Origin: an uncultured Alphaproteobacteria bacterium
GTDB lineage: Bacteria; Pseudomonadota; Alphaproteobacteria; JAAXGF01
DNA length: 59,344 nucleotides
Direction: 5' to 3'
NCBI GenBank assembly: GCA_964645285.1
Contig: CAZYDR010000007.1
Span: 1 to 59,344 of the forward strand
Positions 10,914 to 19,695 of the stretch are shown piece after piece. The translations under genes and the position numbers were made by a program. Each line of letters starts with the position of its first letter. Position 1 is the stretch's first letter. The notes beneath the pieces were generated by a model. It did not search any database. It saw only the letters and a list, made by a program, of their open reading frames with translations, and was not told the origin of the DNA.

Positions 10914-11404
10914 CTAGGGCTCGTCTACATCGAGGAATCTCAGAAATCTCCGACCATCCCGTCCCCAATTGATTTTCGCCAGGAACAACACCACACGAAC
11001 GTCCGGGCCGAAGCATCCGGCTTTTCTGCTTTCAAAATCTGAGATTTGGCGCTCAATTCCGAGAAACAGTCTTCTGCCATCGGACGTGATGAATCCGAGT
11101 GTCCAGATACCCTCTTCATTGTACCATCTATGGTATTCACGTACCCCATCACCGAAAAAATCGGCCGGAAAGCCGCCGTACGGCCCAACCGCACACCTAC
11201 GGTCCCATTGGAAGTCCGTCAGCGTCTTCAGTTCCCGCTCTTCGCCGCCGCGTCTCATCCATCCCTTGATGTTTGCAAGGAACACTCTTTCTTCCCGGCT
11301 TGTTGAAAGCTTTCCAGTGTGATGAAGATAGTAGCCAATGAGGCCAACAAACAGCATCACCAACAGAAGTGCCAGCACACCAAGTATTTTAAAAACGGTT
11401 TCAT
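10914..11404 (-). CDS. lower-GC hypothetical membrane-anchored protein; probable ATG at 11404 is 1 bp out of frame (in-frame GTG at 11378)
   Basis: N-terminal TM helix LALLLVMLFVGLIGYY; ATG AAA (A)CC GTT TTT would give MKTVFKILGV; AT-richer codon usage than neighbours. Confidence 0.55.
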
Positions 11405-11485
11405 AACTTCGACTTCACGCTTAAGTGCTCGACAACCAGACGGACATGCGTGAGTCCGAAGGGGCTACCGGCAAACCGCCCGAAC

Positions 11486-11541
11486 ACCACACAACCATCC
11501 CTCATGGCGAGCCATGATAGCGGGATTAACAGTTGTGTGGT
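11486..11541. repeat. imperfect long hairpin in intergenic region
   Basis: ACCACACAAC/GTTGTGTGGT outer stem, ATCCC/GGGAT, inner TCATGG-CGAG-CCATGA. Confidence 0.55.
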
Positions 11542-11571
11542 AGCCGCGTCGCGGCATCGGACTGCCGTAGC

Positions 11572-13206
11572 CTAATCGCTGAGCGTGGCCACCGCCGGGA
11601 TGTCGCGGATATCCGTCTTTACGTGGATCAGCGACGGGCCGTTGTGGGCCAGGGCTTGGTCGAAGGCGGTCGCGAACTGGTCGGTGGTCTCCACGGTCCA
11701 GGTGGCGGCGCCGTAGGCGCGGTCGAGGGCGGCGAAGTTGGGGCTGGTGAGTTCGACGCCGTGGTAGTTGCCGGGGCCGTGGCCCCGGTGCTGGTGGGCC
11801 AGGATAGTGCCGTAGGTGGCGTTGTCGCCGACAATCACGGTGATATCGAGGCCGTAGTGGACGGCGGTGAGCAGTTCCTGGCCGGTCATCATGAAGGCGC
11901 CGTCGCCGACGAAAGCGACCACCTCGGCCTCGGGGCGGGCCAGCTTAGCGGCCACGGCAGCGGGCACCGAAGCCCCCATGGCGCCGGCCTCGGGCCTGGC
12001 TTGGCTGTTGGCGCGGCCAAAGGGGAAGTGGCGGTGGACCCAGCTTGAGAAGTTGCCGGCGTCGTTGGTGATGATGTGATCGCCGGTCAGGCGCGCGCCC
12101 ACGGTCTTGACCACCTCGGCCACGTCAACCGCGCCCAGGGCCCCGGCGCTGGTCTCACGGAAGCGCAGGAATTCGCCGTGGGCGGCGGCGCACCACTCGG
12201 CGCGCTCGTTGGCCGGTGGTGGCAGGGCGGCGGCGATGGCGTCGAGCGCCGCAACCGTATCGGCGGTAATGGCCACGTCGGGCACGCGCCATTTGCCGAG
12301 CACCGCCGGGTCGGCGTGAATGTGGATCAGCGTCTGGTCATCGCGGAGCAGGCTGTAGTCCTCGGTGGTGATGGCGTCGAGGCGGTTGCCGGCGACGACC
12401 ACCACGTCGCAGTCGTCCCAGGCCTGTTGCTGGAAACCTGTCCGGCTAAGGCCGAGATGGCCGATATAGGCGGGGCCGTCGTTGTCGTAGGCGTCCTGGC
12501 GGCGGAACGAGGTGAAGACCCCGGCGCCGGCGGCCAAGGCGAAGCGGGCAAGAGCGCTTTGGGCGTCATGATAGGTGACCATCTCGCCGCCCACCACCAG
12601 GGGGTGTTTGGCCTTGGCGATGAGGTCTGCGGCACGGGCCACGGCGGCGCCGTCGGGGGCGGGCAGGGATAGCGCGGCGGGGCCGGGAATGGCCGGATCG
12701 CCGGCGTCGTTCTCGGTGACGTCCTCGGGCAGCGGCACGACAACCGGTCCGGGGCGGCCGACGCGCGCGGTATCGAGGGCCTCGGCGGTAGCGCGGGCCA
12801 CGTCGTCCGGGCCCGTCGGCTCGATCACCGCCTTGGCGATGATGCCGAACATGGCCTGATAGTCGATTTCCTGAAACGCCTCGCGGCCCTTGTGGGTGCT
12901 CGGAATCTGGCCTATGAACAGCACCATGGGCGATGAGTCCTGAGCCGCCGTGTGGACCCCGATGGCGGCGTTGGTGGCGCCAGGGCCCCGGGTCACGAAG
13001 GCGACGCCCGGGTTGCGGGTCAGCTTGCCGTAGGCCTCGGCGGCGAAACCGGCGCCGCCTTCATGGCGGCAGGTGATGAGTTGGAAGCGGTCCTGGACAT
13101 GACGCAAGGCCTCGAGCACCGCGAGATAGCTCTCTCCAGGCACCGCGAAGCCGGCCCGCACGCCGTGGGCTAGCAGGGTCGCGACCAGCGCTTCTCCGTC
13201 GTTCAT
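11572..13206 (-). CDS. thiamine pyrophosphate-dependent enzyme (acetolactate synthase large subunit-like)
   Basis: FAVPGESYL, CRHEGGAGFAAEAYGK, VTRGPGATNA, EAFQEID, GDGAFMMTGQEL...N TPP motif; start MNDGEAL. Confidence 0.9.
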   Translation of the reverse strand: MNDGEALVATLLAHGVRAGFAVPGESYLAVLEALRHVQDRFQLITCRHEGGAGFAAEAYGKLTRNPGVAFVTRGPGATNAAIGVHTAAQDSSPMVLFIGQIPSTHKGREAFQEIDYQAMFGIIAKAVIEPTGPDDVARATAEALDTARVGRPGPVVVPLPEDVTENDAGDPAIPGPAALSLPAPDGAAVARAADLIAKAKHPLVVGGEMVTYHDAQSALARFALAAGAGVFTSFRRQDAYDNDGPAYIGHLGLSRTGFQQQAWDDCDVVVVAGNRLDAITTEDYSLLRDDQTLIHIHADPAVLGKWRVPDVAITADTVAALDAIAAALPPPANERAEWCAAAHGEFLRFRETSAGALGAVDVAEVVKTVGARLTGDHIITNDAGNFSSWVHRHFPFGRANSQARPEAGAMGASVPAAVAAKLARPEAEVVAFVGDGAFMMTGQELLTAVHYGLDITVIVGDNATYGTILAHQHRGHGPGNYHGVELTSPNFAALDRAYGAATWTVETTDQFATAFDQALAHNGPSLIHVKTDIRDIPAVATLSD

Positions 13207-13220
13207 GATGGTGCGGAGGC

Positions 13221-13688
13221 TTAGGATATTTCGAAGATGGCGTCGATCTCGACCGCCACGTTGAACGGCAGGATGACGGCGCCGACGGCGAAGCGGGCGT
13301 GTTTGCCCTTGTCGCCGAAGACTTCGACCATGAGGTCGGAGGCGCCGTTGACCACCTTGGGCTGGTCGCCGAAGTCCGGGGTCGAGTTGACGAAGGCGCC
13401 GAGCTTGACGCAACGCACCACCCGGTCGAGGTCTCCGCCGCAGGCCTGCTTGACCTGGGCGATGATGTTGAGCGCGCAAAGCCGGGCCGCCTGGGCGCCC
13501 TCATCGGCGTCGAATTCGGCGCCAAGCTTACCGATATACTTGAGCTCACCACCCAGCAGGGTGACCTGACCGGAGACGAAAACCTGGTTGCCGCTGATCG
13601 CCCAGGGCACGTAATTGGCCACGGCGGCGGCCGCTTCGGGAAGTTCGATGCCGAGTTCGGCGAGTCTGCTGTCAATGGCGCCGGTCAT
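13221..13688 (-). CDS. RidA/YjgF family protein (Rid subfamily)
   Basis: ANYVP...VSGQ, ARLCALN, VKLGAFVNSTPDFGDQPKVVNGASDL, HARFAVG, LPFNVAVEID. Confidence 0.92.
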   Translation of the reverse strand: MTGAIDSRLAELGIELPEAAAAVANYVPWAISGNQVFVSGQVTLLGGELKYIGKLGAEFDADEGAQAARLCALNIIAQVKQACGGDLDRVVRCVKLGAFVNSTPDFGDQPKVVNGASDLMVEVFGDKGKHARFAVGAVILPFNVAVEIDAIFEIS

Positions 13689-13837
13689 GGTCGGTGTCTC
13701 CTTGGGTGACGTGAGTTTTGGGGTGGGGTTTCGGCGCTGTCTAAAGGCTTACGCGCGCCCTGTCAAACGGCCGCCGAATCAAAAGACCGCCGCGCGGCAA
13801 AACGCCGCGCGACGGCCTGGGAAGACCGGCGTTTTCG

Positions 13838-14535
13838 CTAGACCTGGCGATGTAGCCAGGGGCGTAGAACCAATGGCTTGGCGCGCTTGCGGCGGTACAT
13901 GTAGGCATCGGTCCGGGCGATCAGGTTGTTGGCTTCGTCGTCGCCACCGAAGGCGACCGTGCCGAAGCTGGTGCGCACTGGAATCTCGGCTGCTTCGAAG
14001 GTCACCAGGGAGCTGTTGACCTCGGCCCCCAGCGCGGCGATGCGCAAACGGCCGCCGCGCGGGGTGGTGTGGACCAGGATGACCGCGAACTCGTCGCCAC
14101 CGAGACGGGCGGCGACATCGGTGGACCGCAGGTTGTCGTCGGGCAGGTCGGCCCTGTGGCCGAGAACTTCGTCGCCGGCCTGATGGCCTTGAAATTGTCG
14201 AGGTCGATGAAGCTGAGAACGCCGGTGCTCTCGACCCGGCGGGCGATGGCCAGGGCATGGCGGAGCTGCTGGTTGAAGCCGCGGCGATTGAGCAGGCCGG
14301 TCAGTTCGTCCTTATAGGACAGGGTTTCCAGGGTCGAGATGCGCTGGCTCTGCTCGGCGAGCTGCTGCTGGACCTCGGCGGCGACAATCAGCGCCCGTTC
14401 CAGCAGTTCGCGCATGTCGGTGCCGACATTGCCGGCGTCGGGACGGCATGACGCCACCAGGCGATCGGCGGTGACGCCAACGTTTTCAATGATATCCGTA
14501 CTGTGCAGAGCCGCGAGTTCGTTATGGTTTGCCAT
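13838..14535 (-). pseudogene. diguanylate cyclase (coiled coil plus GGDEF), frameshifted by an internal deletion
   Basis: [12 protein letters not shown]...[10 protein letters not shown] in one frame; GHQAGDEVL...[13 protein letters not shown]...DAYMY in another; junction at GGCCATCA (14181-14188). Confidence 0.88.
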
Positions 14536-14610
14536 ATTCTTGTATTCCCTATCCGGTCAGCCTTGACATGCCGTCTTTGCAGCCAATGTGTTATTTGTCG
14601 CAGTGTTTGC

Positions 14611-14627
14611 CGCAAACCTCGTGCCAA
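14611..14627 (-). promoter_or_regulatory. sigma54 -24/-12 promoter of the diguanylate cyclase gene
   Basis: Minus strand TTGGCAC-GAGGT-TTGCG = TGGCAC-N5-TTGC, about 75 bp upstream of ATG 14535. Confidence 0.75.
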
Positions 14628-14682
14628 TAGTTAACGCTTTGAAACAAGGTATAAAAACGGAAGTTTCGTAGTCATCCGAGAG

Positions 14683-14712
14683 GGCAGGAAGTGCCGCTAG
14701 GCAGGAATTGCC
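14683..14712. promoter_or_regulatory. paired GGCA-N5-TGCC dyads (FlbD/ftr-like enhancer)
   Basis: GGCAGGAAGTGCC (14683-14695) and GGCAGGAATTGCC (14700-14712), separated from the sigma54 promoter by an AT-rich spacer. Confidence 0.55.
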
Positions 14713-14839
14713 AGGTCAGCCGAACCATGGTTGCCGGCGGCGCCTAAGTCATTGTCGGACTTGAATCTTGTATTCACGCACGTTGACTGAGACCGGGCTC
14801 GCGGCCCATGCTCGGAACCGGAGACAGGAAGGGAGCATC

Positions 14840-15643
14840 ATGAGCGGCGCAGGGTACCGGCGAGGCATGCTTACAGTGGTTGCCGGATGTTTGGCTATGA
14901 TCGCCGCCGCGAGCGCCAACGCGGCCCAAATGGTGTCCCACCAGGCGCTCTATACCATGAGTTTGCAGAGCTCGAGCCGGGCCAGCGACGTGGCCCAGCT
15001 CGGTGGCCGCATGGCGATCGAGATCGTTGACGCCTGCGATGGTTGGACCGTTGGGCAGCGCGTTGCACTCACCATCACCACGTTCAACGGCGCCGAGGTC
15101 GTGTCCTACACCAGCTTCACCAGCTGGGAGTCCGACGACGGCCAGCGGTTTCGTTTCGAACAGCAAACCCGCCAGGGCAACGTGGTGATCGACGAGTTGG
15201 GCGGCGATGCCCGGCTCCATGGCGACGAGGGCGGCGTGGCCAAGCTGAGCAAACCCGAGACCATGAGTATTGCCCTGCCGCCGGGCACGGTGTTTCCCAA
15301 CATCCACACGGAATTACTCATCGCCAGTGCCGAGGCCGGCGAGACGTTTTTCAATCGCTTGGTGTTCGACGGCACCTCGGCTGACAACCCCAATCATGTT
15401 ACCGCCTTCATCGGTAAACAGACCGCCGGACCGCAATTGCCCGTGGACAATAAGGCGCCGTTGGTATGGCCCGTCCGGCTGGCGTTCTTTCAACTGGACA
15501 CCCGGAACCCCGAGCCGGATGTGGAAATCGGCTTGCTGCTCGAAGCCAATGGCGTGACCCGCGCCATCGAACTGGACTACGGTAGCTTTGTCATCGACGG
15601 ACGGCTCGACGAGCTTGAGTTGCTTGCGCCGATCGACTGTTGA
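14840..15643 (+). CDS. eipB: cell envelope integrity protein EipB (DUF1849)
   Basis: Signal peptide; SHQALYTMSL, DACDGWTV.QR, TSWESDDG.RFRF, FDG, WPVRLAFF, NGV.R.IELDYG.F, terminal Cys. Confidence 0.85.
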   Translation: MSGAGYRRGMLTVVAGCLAMIAAASANAAQMVSHQALYTMSLQSSSRASDVAQLGGRMAIEIVDACDGWTVGQRVALTITTFNGAEVVSYTSFTSWESDDGQRFRFEQQTRQGNVVIDELGGDARLHGDEGGVAKLSKPETMSIALPPGTVFPNIHTELLIASAEAGETFFNRLVFDGTSADNPNHVTAFIGKQTAGPQLPVDNKAPLVWPVRLAFFQLDTRNPEPDVEIGLLLEANGVTRAIELDYGSFVIDGRLDELELLAPIDC

Positions 15644-15676
15644 GTTGGCGCCAGCCGCAACCGGAGAAAGAGTTTA

Positions 15677-17029
15677 ATGGCAGCTATCGATCGCGATCGC
15701 CTGGCCACCATGATGGCGGCGGAGGAGCAACGTTTTACCGACAACCATCCGAAATCAGCGGCGCTGTTCGAACAGACCCGAAAAACCGTTCATCGAGGCG
15801 TGCCCATGCCGTGGATGACCCAGTGGGCGAGCCCGTTTCCGGTCTTTGCCGAGAGCGCCCGGGGCGCCCGCATCCGCGACGTCGACGGTCACGACTACAT
15901 CGATTTTTGCCTCGGTGATACCGGCGCTCTGTTCGGCCACTCGCCGGGACCCATCGCCGAGGCCGTCGCCGACCAGGCGGCCAACGGCATTACCAACATG
16001 CTGCCGACCGCGGACGCGGCCCGGGTCGGCGAAGCCCTGAGCGCCCGCTTCGGACATAAGTACTGGCAGTTTGCCCTGAGCGCCACCGACGCCAACCGCT
16101 TCGCCATTCGCCTGGCCCGGGCGGTGACCGGTCGGCGCCGCATCCTGGTGTTCAACGGCTGCTACCACGGCAGCCTGGATGAGACCCTGGTGTCCCTGGA
16201 GAACGGCGTCATGCGGCCCATGGCCACGACCATGGGCTCGGCCCTGGATCCGACCGAGACCACCCGCATGGTCGAGTTCAACGATATCCCGGCGCTTAAG
16301 GCGGCGCTGGCCGAGGGCGACGTCGCCTGCGTGTTATGCGAGCCGGCCCTGACCAATGTCGGCTTGGTGTTTCCCGAGCCCGGTTTTCATCAGGCGGTGC
16401 GCGACCTGACTCGCGAGCATGGCGCCATGCTGATCGTTGATGAGACCCACACCATTTGCGCCGGGCCCGGCGGCGGTACCGGTTATTTCGATCTCGATCC
16501 CGACATCGTCACGTTGGGCAAGCCCGTGGCCGGCGGCATCGCCACGGCGGTCTACGGTTTCAGCGAAGCCGTCGGCGACCGCATTGCCGAGTGGATCGAC
16601 GGTATCGGCTCGTTCGTTACCGGCATCGGCGGCACCCTGATCGGTAATGCCCTGGCCATGCGGGCCATGGCGGCGTCGCTGGAGAACGTCATGACCGACG
16701 AGAACTACGCCCACATGACCGAGCAGGCCGGGCGTCTCGCCGACGGCGTCTCGGACATCATCGCGGCGCGCGGCTTGAACTGGGGCGTCGGACGGCTTGG
16801 CGCCCGCGTCGAATACCGCTTCTACGGCGGCGAGCCGAGCAACGCCACCGAGGCCCAGGCCGGCGACGATCCGGAATTCGACAGCCTTTTTCGGCTCTAT
16901 TTCCTCAATCGCGGTATCATGTTGACCATTTTCTACAACGTCTCGCTGGTGTCGCCCGCGACTTCGGTCGCCGACATCGACCACCACAACGCCGTGTTCG
17001 CGGAATTCGCCGACGCGGTGACCGGCTAG
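15677..17029 (+). CDS. class-III PLP aminotransferase (GSA-aminomutase-like, not a canonical hemL context)
   Basis: DVDGHDYIDFCLGDTGALFGH, SATDANRFAIR, FNGCYHG, DETHT, DIVTLGKPVAGG. Confidence 0.88.
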   Translation: MAAIDRDRLATMMAAEEQRFTDNHPKSAALFEQTRKTVHRGVPMPWMTQWASPFPVFAESARGARIRDVDGHDYIDFCLGDTGALFGHSPGPIAEAVADQAANGITNMLPTADAARVGEALSARFGHKYWQFALSATDANRFAIRLARAVTGRRRILVFNGCYHGSLDETLVSLENGVMRPMATTMGSALDPTETTRMVEFNDIPALKAALAEGDVACVLCEPALTNVGLVFPEPGFHQAVRDLTREHGAMLIVDETHTICAGPGGGTGYFDLDPDIVTLGKPVAGGIATAVYGFSEAVGDRIAEWIDGIGSFVTGIGGTLIGNALAMRAMAASLENVMTDENYAHMTEQAGRLADGVSDIIAARGLNWGVGRLGARVEYRFYGGEPSNATEAQAGDDPEFDSLFRLYFLNRGIMLTIFYNVSLVSPATSVADIDHHNAVFAEFADAVTG

Positions 17030-17038
17030 GGAAAGACC

Positions 17039-18430
17039 ATGCACCAAAGCTATTGGTTCGAAGATGCCGTGGCCGCCGAGGCTGGGGACGCCGCGCCGGC
17101 TCTTGAGGGTGACGTCAGAGCCGATGTCTGCATTGTCGGTGGCGGCTTCACCGGCTTGTGGACGGCGATTAGTCTCAAGGACCATGAGCCGTCCCTCGAC
17201 GTGGTTTTGCTCGAAAAAGATATCTGTGGTTCCGGCGCCAGTAGTCGCAATGCCGGCTTCCTGGTCAATTTCTGGCCCAAGTTTTCCGACATGGAAAAGG
17301 CCTTCGGCACTGACGAAGCTCTGCGCATCGGCCGCGCCTGCGCCGCCGCCGTGGACGATATAGTTGGGCTTTGCTCATCCCATAACATCGATATCCAGCA
17401 CCAGCCGGTCGGCTGGCTGTGGGGCTCCACCAACGAGGTCCAGTCGGGTCATTGGAACTCGGTTATCGACCGGCTCGAGCGCCATCAGATCTACCCCCTG
17501 CGCTATCTTGACCAGGCAGAGATGGCCGAGCGCACCGGTTCGAACGCTTATGTGGACGGCGTGCTCGACGCCGGGGTCGGCTCGATCCAGCCGGGCCGGC
17601 TGGTCCGTGGCCTGCGCCGGGTGGCGCTGGAAAAGGGCGTGCGTATCTTCGAGCACTCGCCCATGACGAAGTTAGGTCGCAGCCGCCCACCGGTGGTCCA
17701 CACGACCACGGGACAGGTGCGGGCCGAAAAGGTGGTGCTGGCGCTTTACGCCTGGACTCTGGGCATCAGGGAATTGCGGCCCTCCCTGGTGGTCATCGGC
17801 ACCGACGCGGTGGCCACCGAGCCGATTCCCGAACTTATCGAAGAGGCCGGCTTCGCCAAGGCGCCGGCGATCAACGACAGTCGGGTATTCGTGCAGTTCA
17901 TCCGTACCACCGCCGATAACCGGGTGGTGTTCGGCAAGGCCGGCGGGGCGCTGCCGTTCGGCGCCCACATGGGCCCTAACTTCCAGGCGCCGGGGCGCAG
18001 CGCCGACCAACTGCGGAGTGAAGTCCTCCGCGACGCCTATCCCCGGCTCATGAACGCACCCTTGTCGCGGTCGTGGTCCGGGCCCATCGACCGCACCAAA
18101 TCGGGCATGCCGCTCTTCGGCGCCCTGCCCAACTGTCCCGATGTGCTCTACGGCTTCGGCTACTCGGGCAACGGCGTGTTACCCAGTGTGTTGGGCGGCC
18201 GCATTCTCGCCAGCCTGGCCCTGGGACGGGACGACGAATGGTCCAATTGCGGCTTGGTGCGCCCGGCGCCCTATAGTTTCCCGCCCGAGCCCATTCGCTA
18301 TTTTGGCGGCCTCATGGTGCGCGCCGCCATTTTGCGCAAGGATCGGTTGGAGAACGAGAACCGCTCGGTGGATCTGGTGACCCGGGGCCTCGCCGCGTTC
18401 GCGCCGGGTAGCTTCAAACCGACTGAATAG
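17039..18430 (+). CDS. FAD-dependent amine oxidoreductase (DAO family, PuuB/OrdL-like)
   Basis: DVCIVGGGFTGLWTA, GSGASSRNAG, IQPGRLVRGL, WSGPID, GYSGNGV, PPEPIRY. Confidence 0.88.
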   Translation: MHQSYWFEDAVAAEAGDAAPALEGDVRADVCIVGGGFTGLWTAISLKDHEPSLDVVLLEKDICGSGASSRNAGFLVNFWPKFSDMEKAFGTDEALRIGRACAAAVDDIVGLCSSHNIDIQHQPVGWLWGSTNEVQSGHWNSVIDRLERHQIYPLRYLDQAEMAERTGSNAYVDGVLDAGVGSIQPGRLVRGLRRVALEKGVRIFEHSPMTKLGRSRPPVVHTTTGQVRAEKVVLALYAWTLGIRELRPSLVVIGTDAVATEPIPELIEEAGFAKAPAINDSRVFVQFIRTTADNRVVFGKAGGALPFGAHMGPNFQAPGRSADQLRSEVLRDAYPRLMNAPLSRSWSGPIDRTKSGMPLFGALPNCPDVLYGFGYSGNGVLPSVLGGRILASLALGRDDEWSNCGLVRPAPYSFPPEPIRYFGGLMVRAAILRKDRLENENRSVDLVTRGLAAFAPGSFKPTE

Positions 18431-18443
18431 GAGACGTAGACGC

Positions 18444-19685
18444 GTGTTTTACGGGGCGATCATCCGGCACCTGGGATTGGCGGCTATCATATTGGCCGCA
18501 ATGAGCGGGCCGGTGTGGCCCCAGGCCATTCCGGCCGACGCTGCGGCGGCCATCGCGGCGGCCCTGCGCGACGACCAGCAGGCCCAGGTGAACGTCGCCA
18601 TAACGTCGTCGGTATTTCATGATACTGCCAATCCGCTGGCTATCGACAATGCCCGTGGCCGGGCCACCACGGCGGCCTTGAGCAGCGCCGTGGTGGCGTC
18701 CATCGCCGCCCATCCGGCCTATGCCAAGGCCATCGTCGATACCGCTGTCAATGCCGCGCCGGCTTATCGCGATGTCATCATCGAGCGCGCCAGCATGGCC
18801 TTTCCCGGCTTCGCCCATTTGTTCGGCGGCGCCGTGCCGATCGCGACGCCGCAATATGCGACACCCGCCTACATGGTTTTACAGCCGCTGCCGCCAGTAC
18901 AGCCCATCGCCTCCGCGATGCCCGAAACCACCGGCGCGAGAGATCCGTTTATTCTCGATATGAGCTACCTTGAAAGATATCCGGCCAACGCCGCGCGCAT
19001 TCTGACGGCGCCCTACTGGTTTGACCGCCAGGACTGGATCAACACTGCCGTAGTGGCCGGCGTCGGCGGCGGCCTGATGCTGCTCGACTCATCAATCCGC
19101 GATTTCATGCAGGACGATCTGCGCAGCGGCACGACCGACGATTTGGCCGATGTGGTCTATCACTTCGGCAGCTTCTACACCTTGGCAGCCGGTCTCGGCG
19201 TTACCTATGTCGGCGGCGAGTTGATCGGCGACCGCCGTCTCCAGGAGACCGGGTTGTTGGGCGGGCAATCGCTGTTGTTCGCCGGTGTGCTGAGCATTGG
19301 CGCCAAGTGGGTGTTCCAGCGCGACCGTCCCAACAGCGGTAAGGGGGCGGGATCGTGGAGCCCGTTCTCATTCGATGACGACAACACGGCATTCCCGTCA
19401 GGCCATGCCTTGCACGCCTTTGCCGTGGCCTCGGTGGTCGCCTCGGAGTACGAGGACTACGAACTGGTTGGCCCCATCGCTTACGGCCTGGCCACGGCCA
19501 CCGTCCTGAGTCGTCTCAACGACAACAAACACTGGGCGTCGGACGTCTTCGTCGGCAGCGCCCTGGGTTATTTCATCGGCAAGATGGTGGTGCGCTACAA
19601 CCCGTTTGATCTGCCGCCGGGGGTCGCCGTTGGCCCATGGCATGAGGATGACGGCCAGGGACTATCGTTGGGGTTTGATTTCTAG
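18444..19685 (+). CDS. PAP2-family phosphatase with signal peptide and Ala-rich N-terminal domain
   Basis: KWVFQRDRP, FPSGH, SRLNDNKHWASDV PAP2 motifs; C-terminal LSLGFDF. Confidence 0.82.
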   Translation: MFYGAIIRHLGLAAIILAAMSGPVWPQAIPADAAAAIAAALRDDQQAQVNVAITSSVFHDTANPLAIDNARGRATTAALSSAVVASIAAHPAYAKAIVDTAVNAAPAYRDVIIERASMAFPGFAHLFGGAVPIATPQYATPAYMVLQPLPPVQPIASAMPETTGARDPFILDMSYLERYPANAARILTAPYWFDRQDWINTAVVAGVGGGLMLLDSSIRDFMQDDLRSGTTDDLADVVYHFGSFYTLAAGLGVTYVGGELIGDRRLQETGLLGGQSLLFAGVLSIGAKWVFQRDRPNSGKGAGSWSPFSFDDDNTAFPSGHALHAFAVASVVASEYEDYELVGPIAYGLATATVLSRLNDNKHWASDVFVGSALGYFIGKMVVRYNPFDLPPGVAVGPWHEDDGQGLSLGFDF

Positions 19686-19695
19686 GAGGGGCCGT

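Noticed and set aside
11486-11541. Integron attC site
   Set aside because: AAC/GTT are present but ends do not fit RYYYAAC/GTTRRRY, R-L spacer lengths are wrong and no integron integrase is nearby.
11572-13479. Apparent long N-terminal extensions or fusions in the ORF track (also 1930-3621, 28852-31407, 35568-37361, 43492-44289)
   Set aside because: Extensions overlap adjacent genes; family similarity begins at the downstream starts used in the feature list.
15677-17029. hemL (tetrapyrrole synthesis) assignment
   Set aside because: Motifs fit a GSA-like aminotransferase subfamily, the context is catabolic, and Alphaproteobacteria generally make ALA via ALA synthase.
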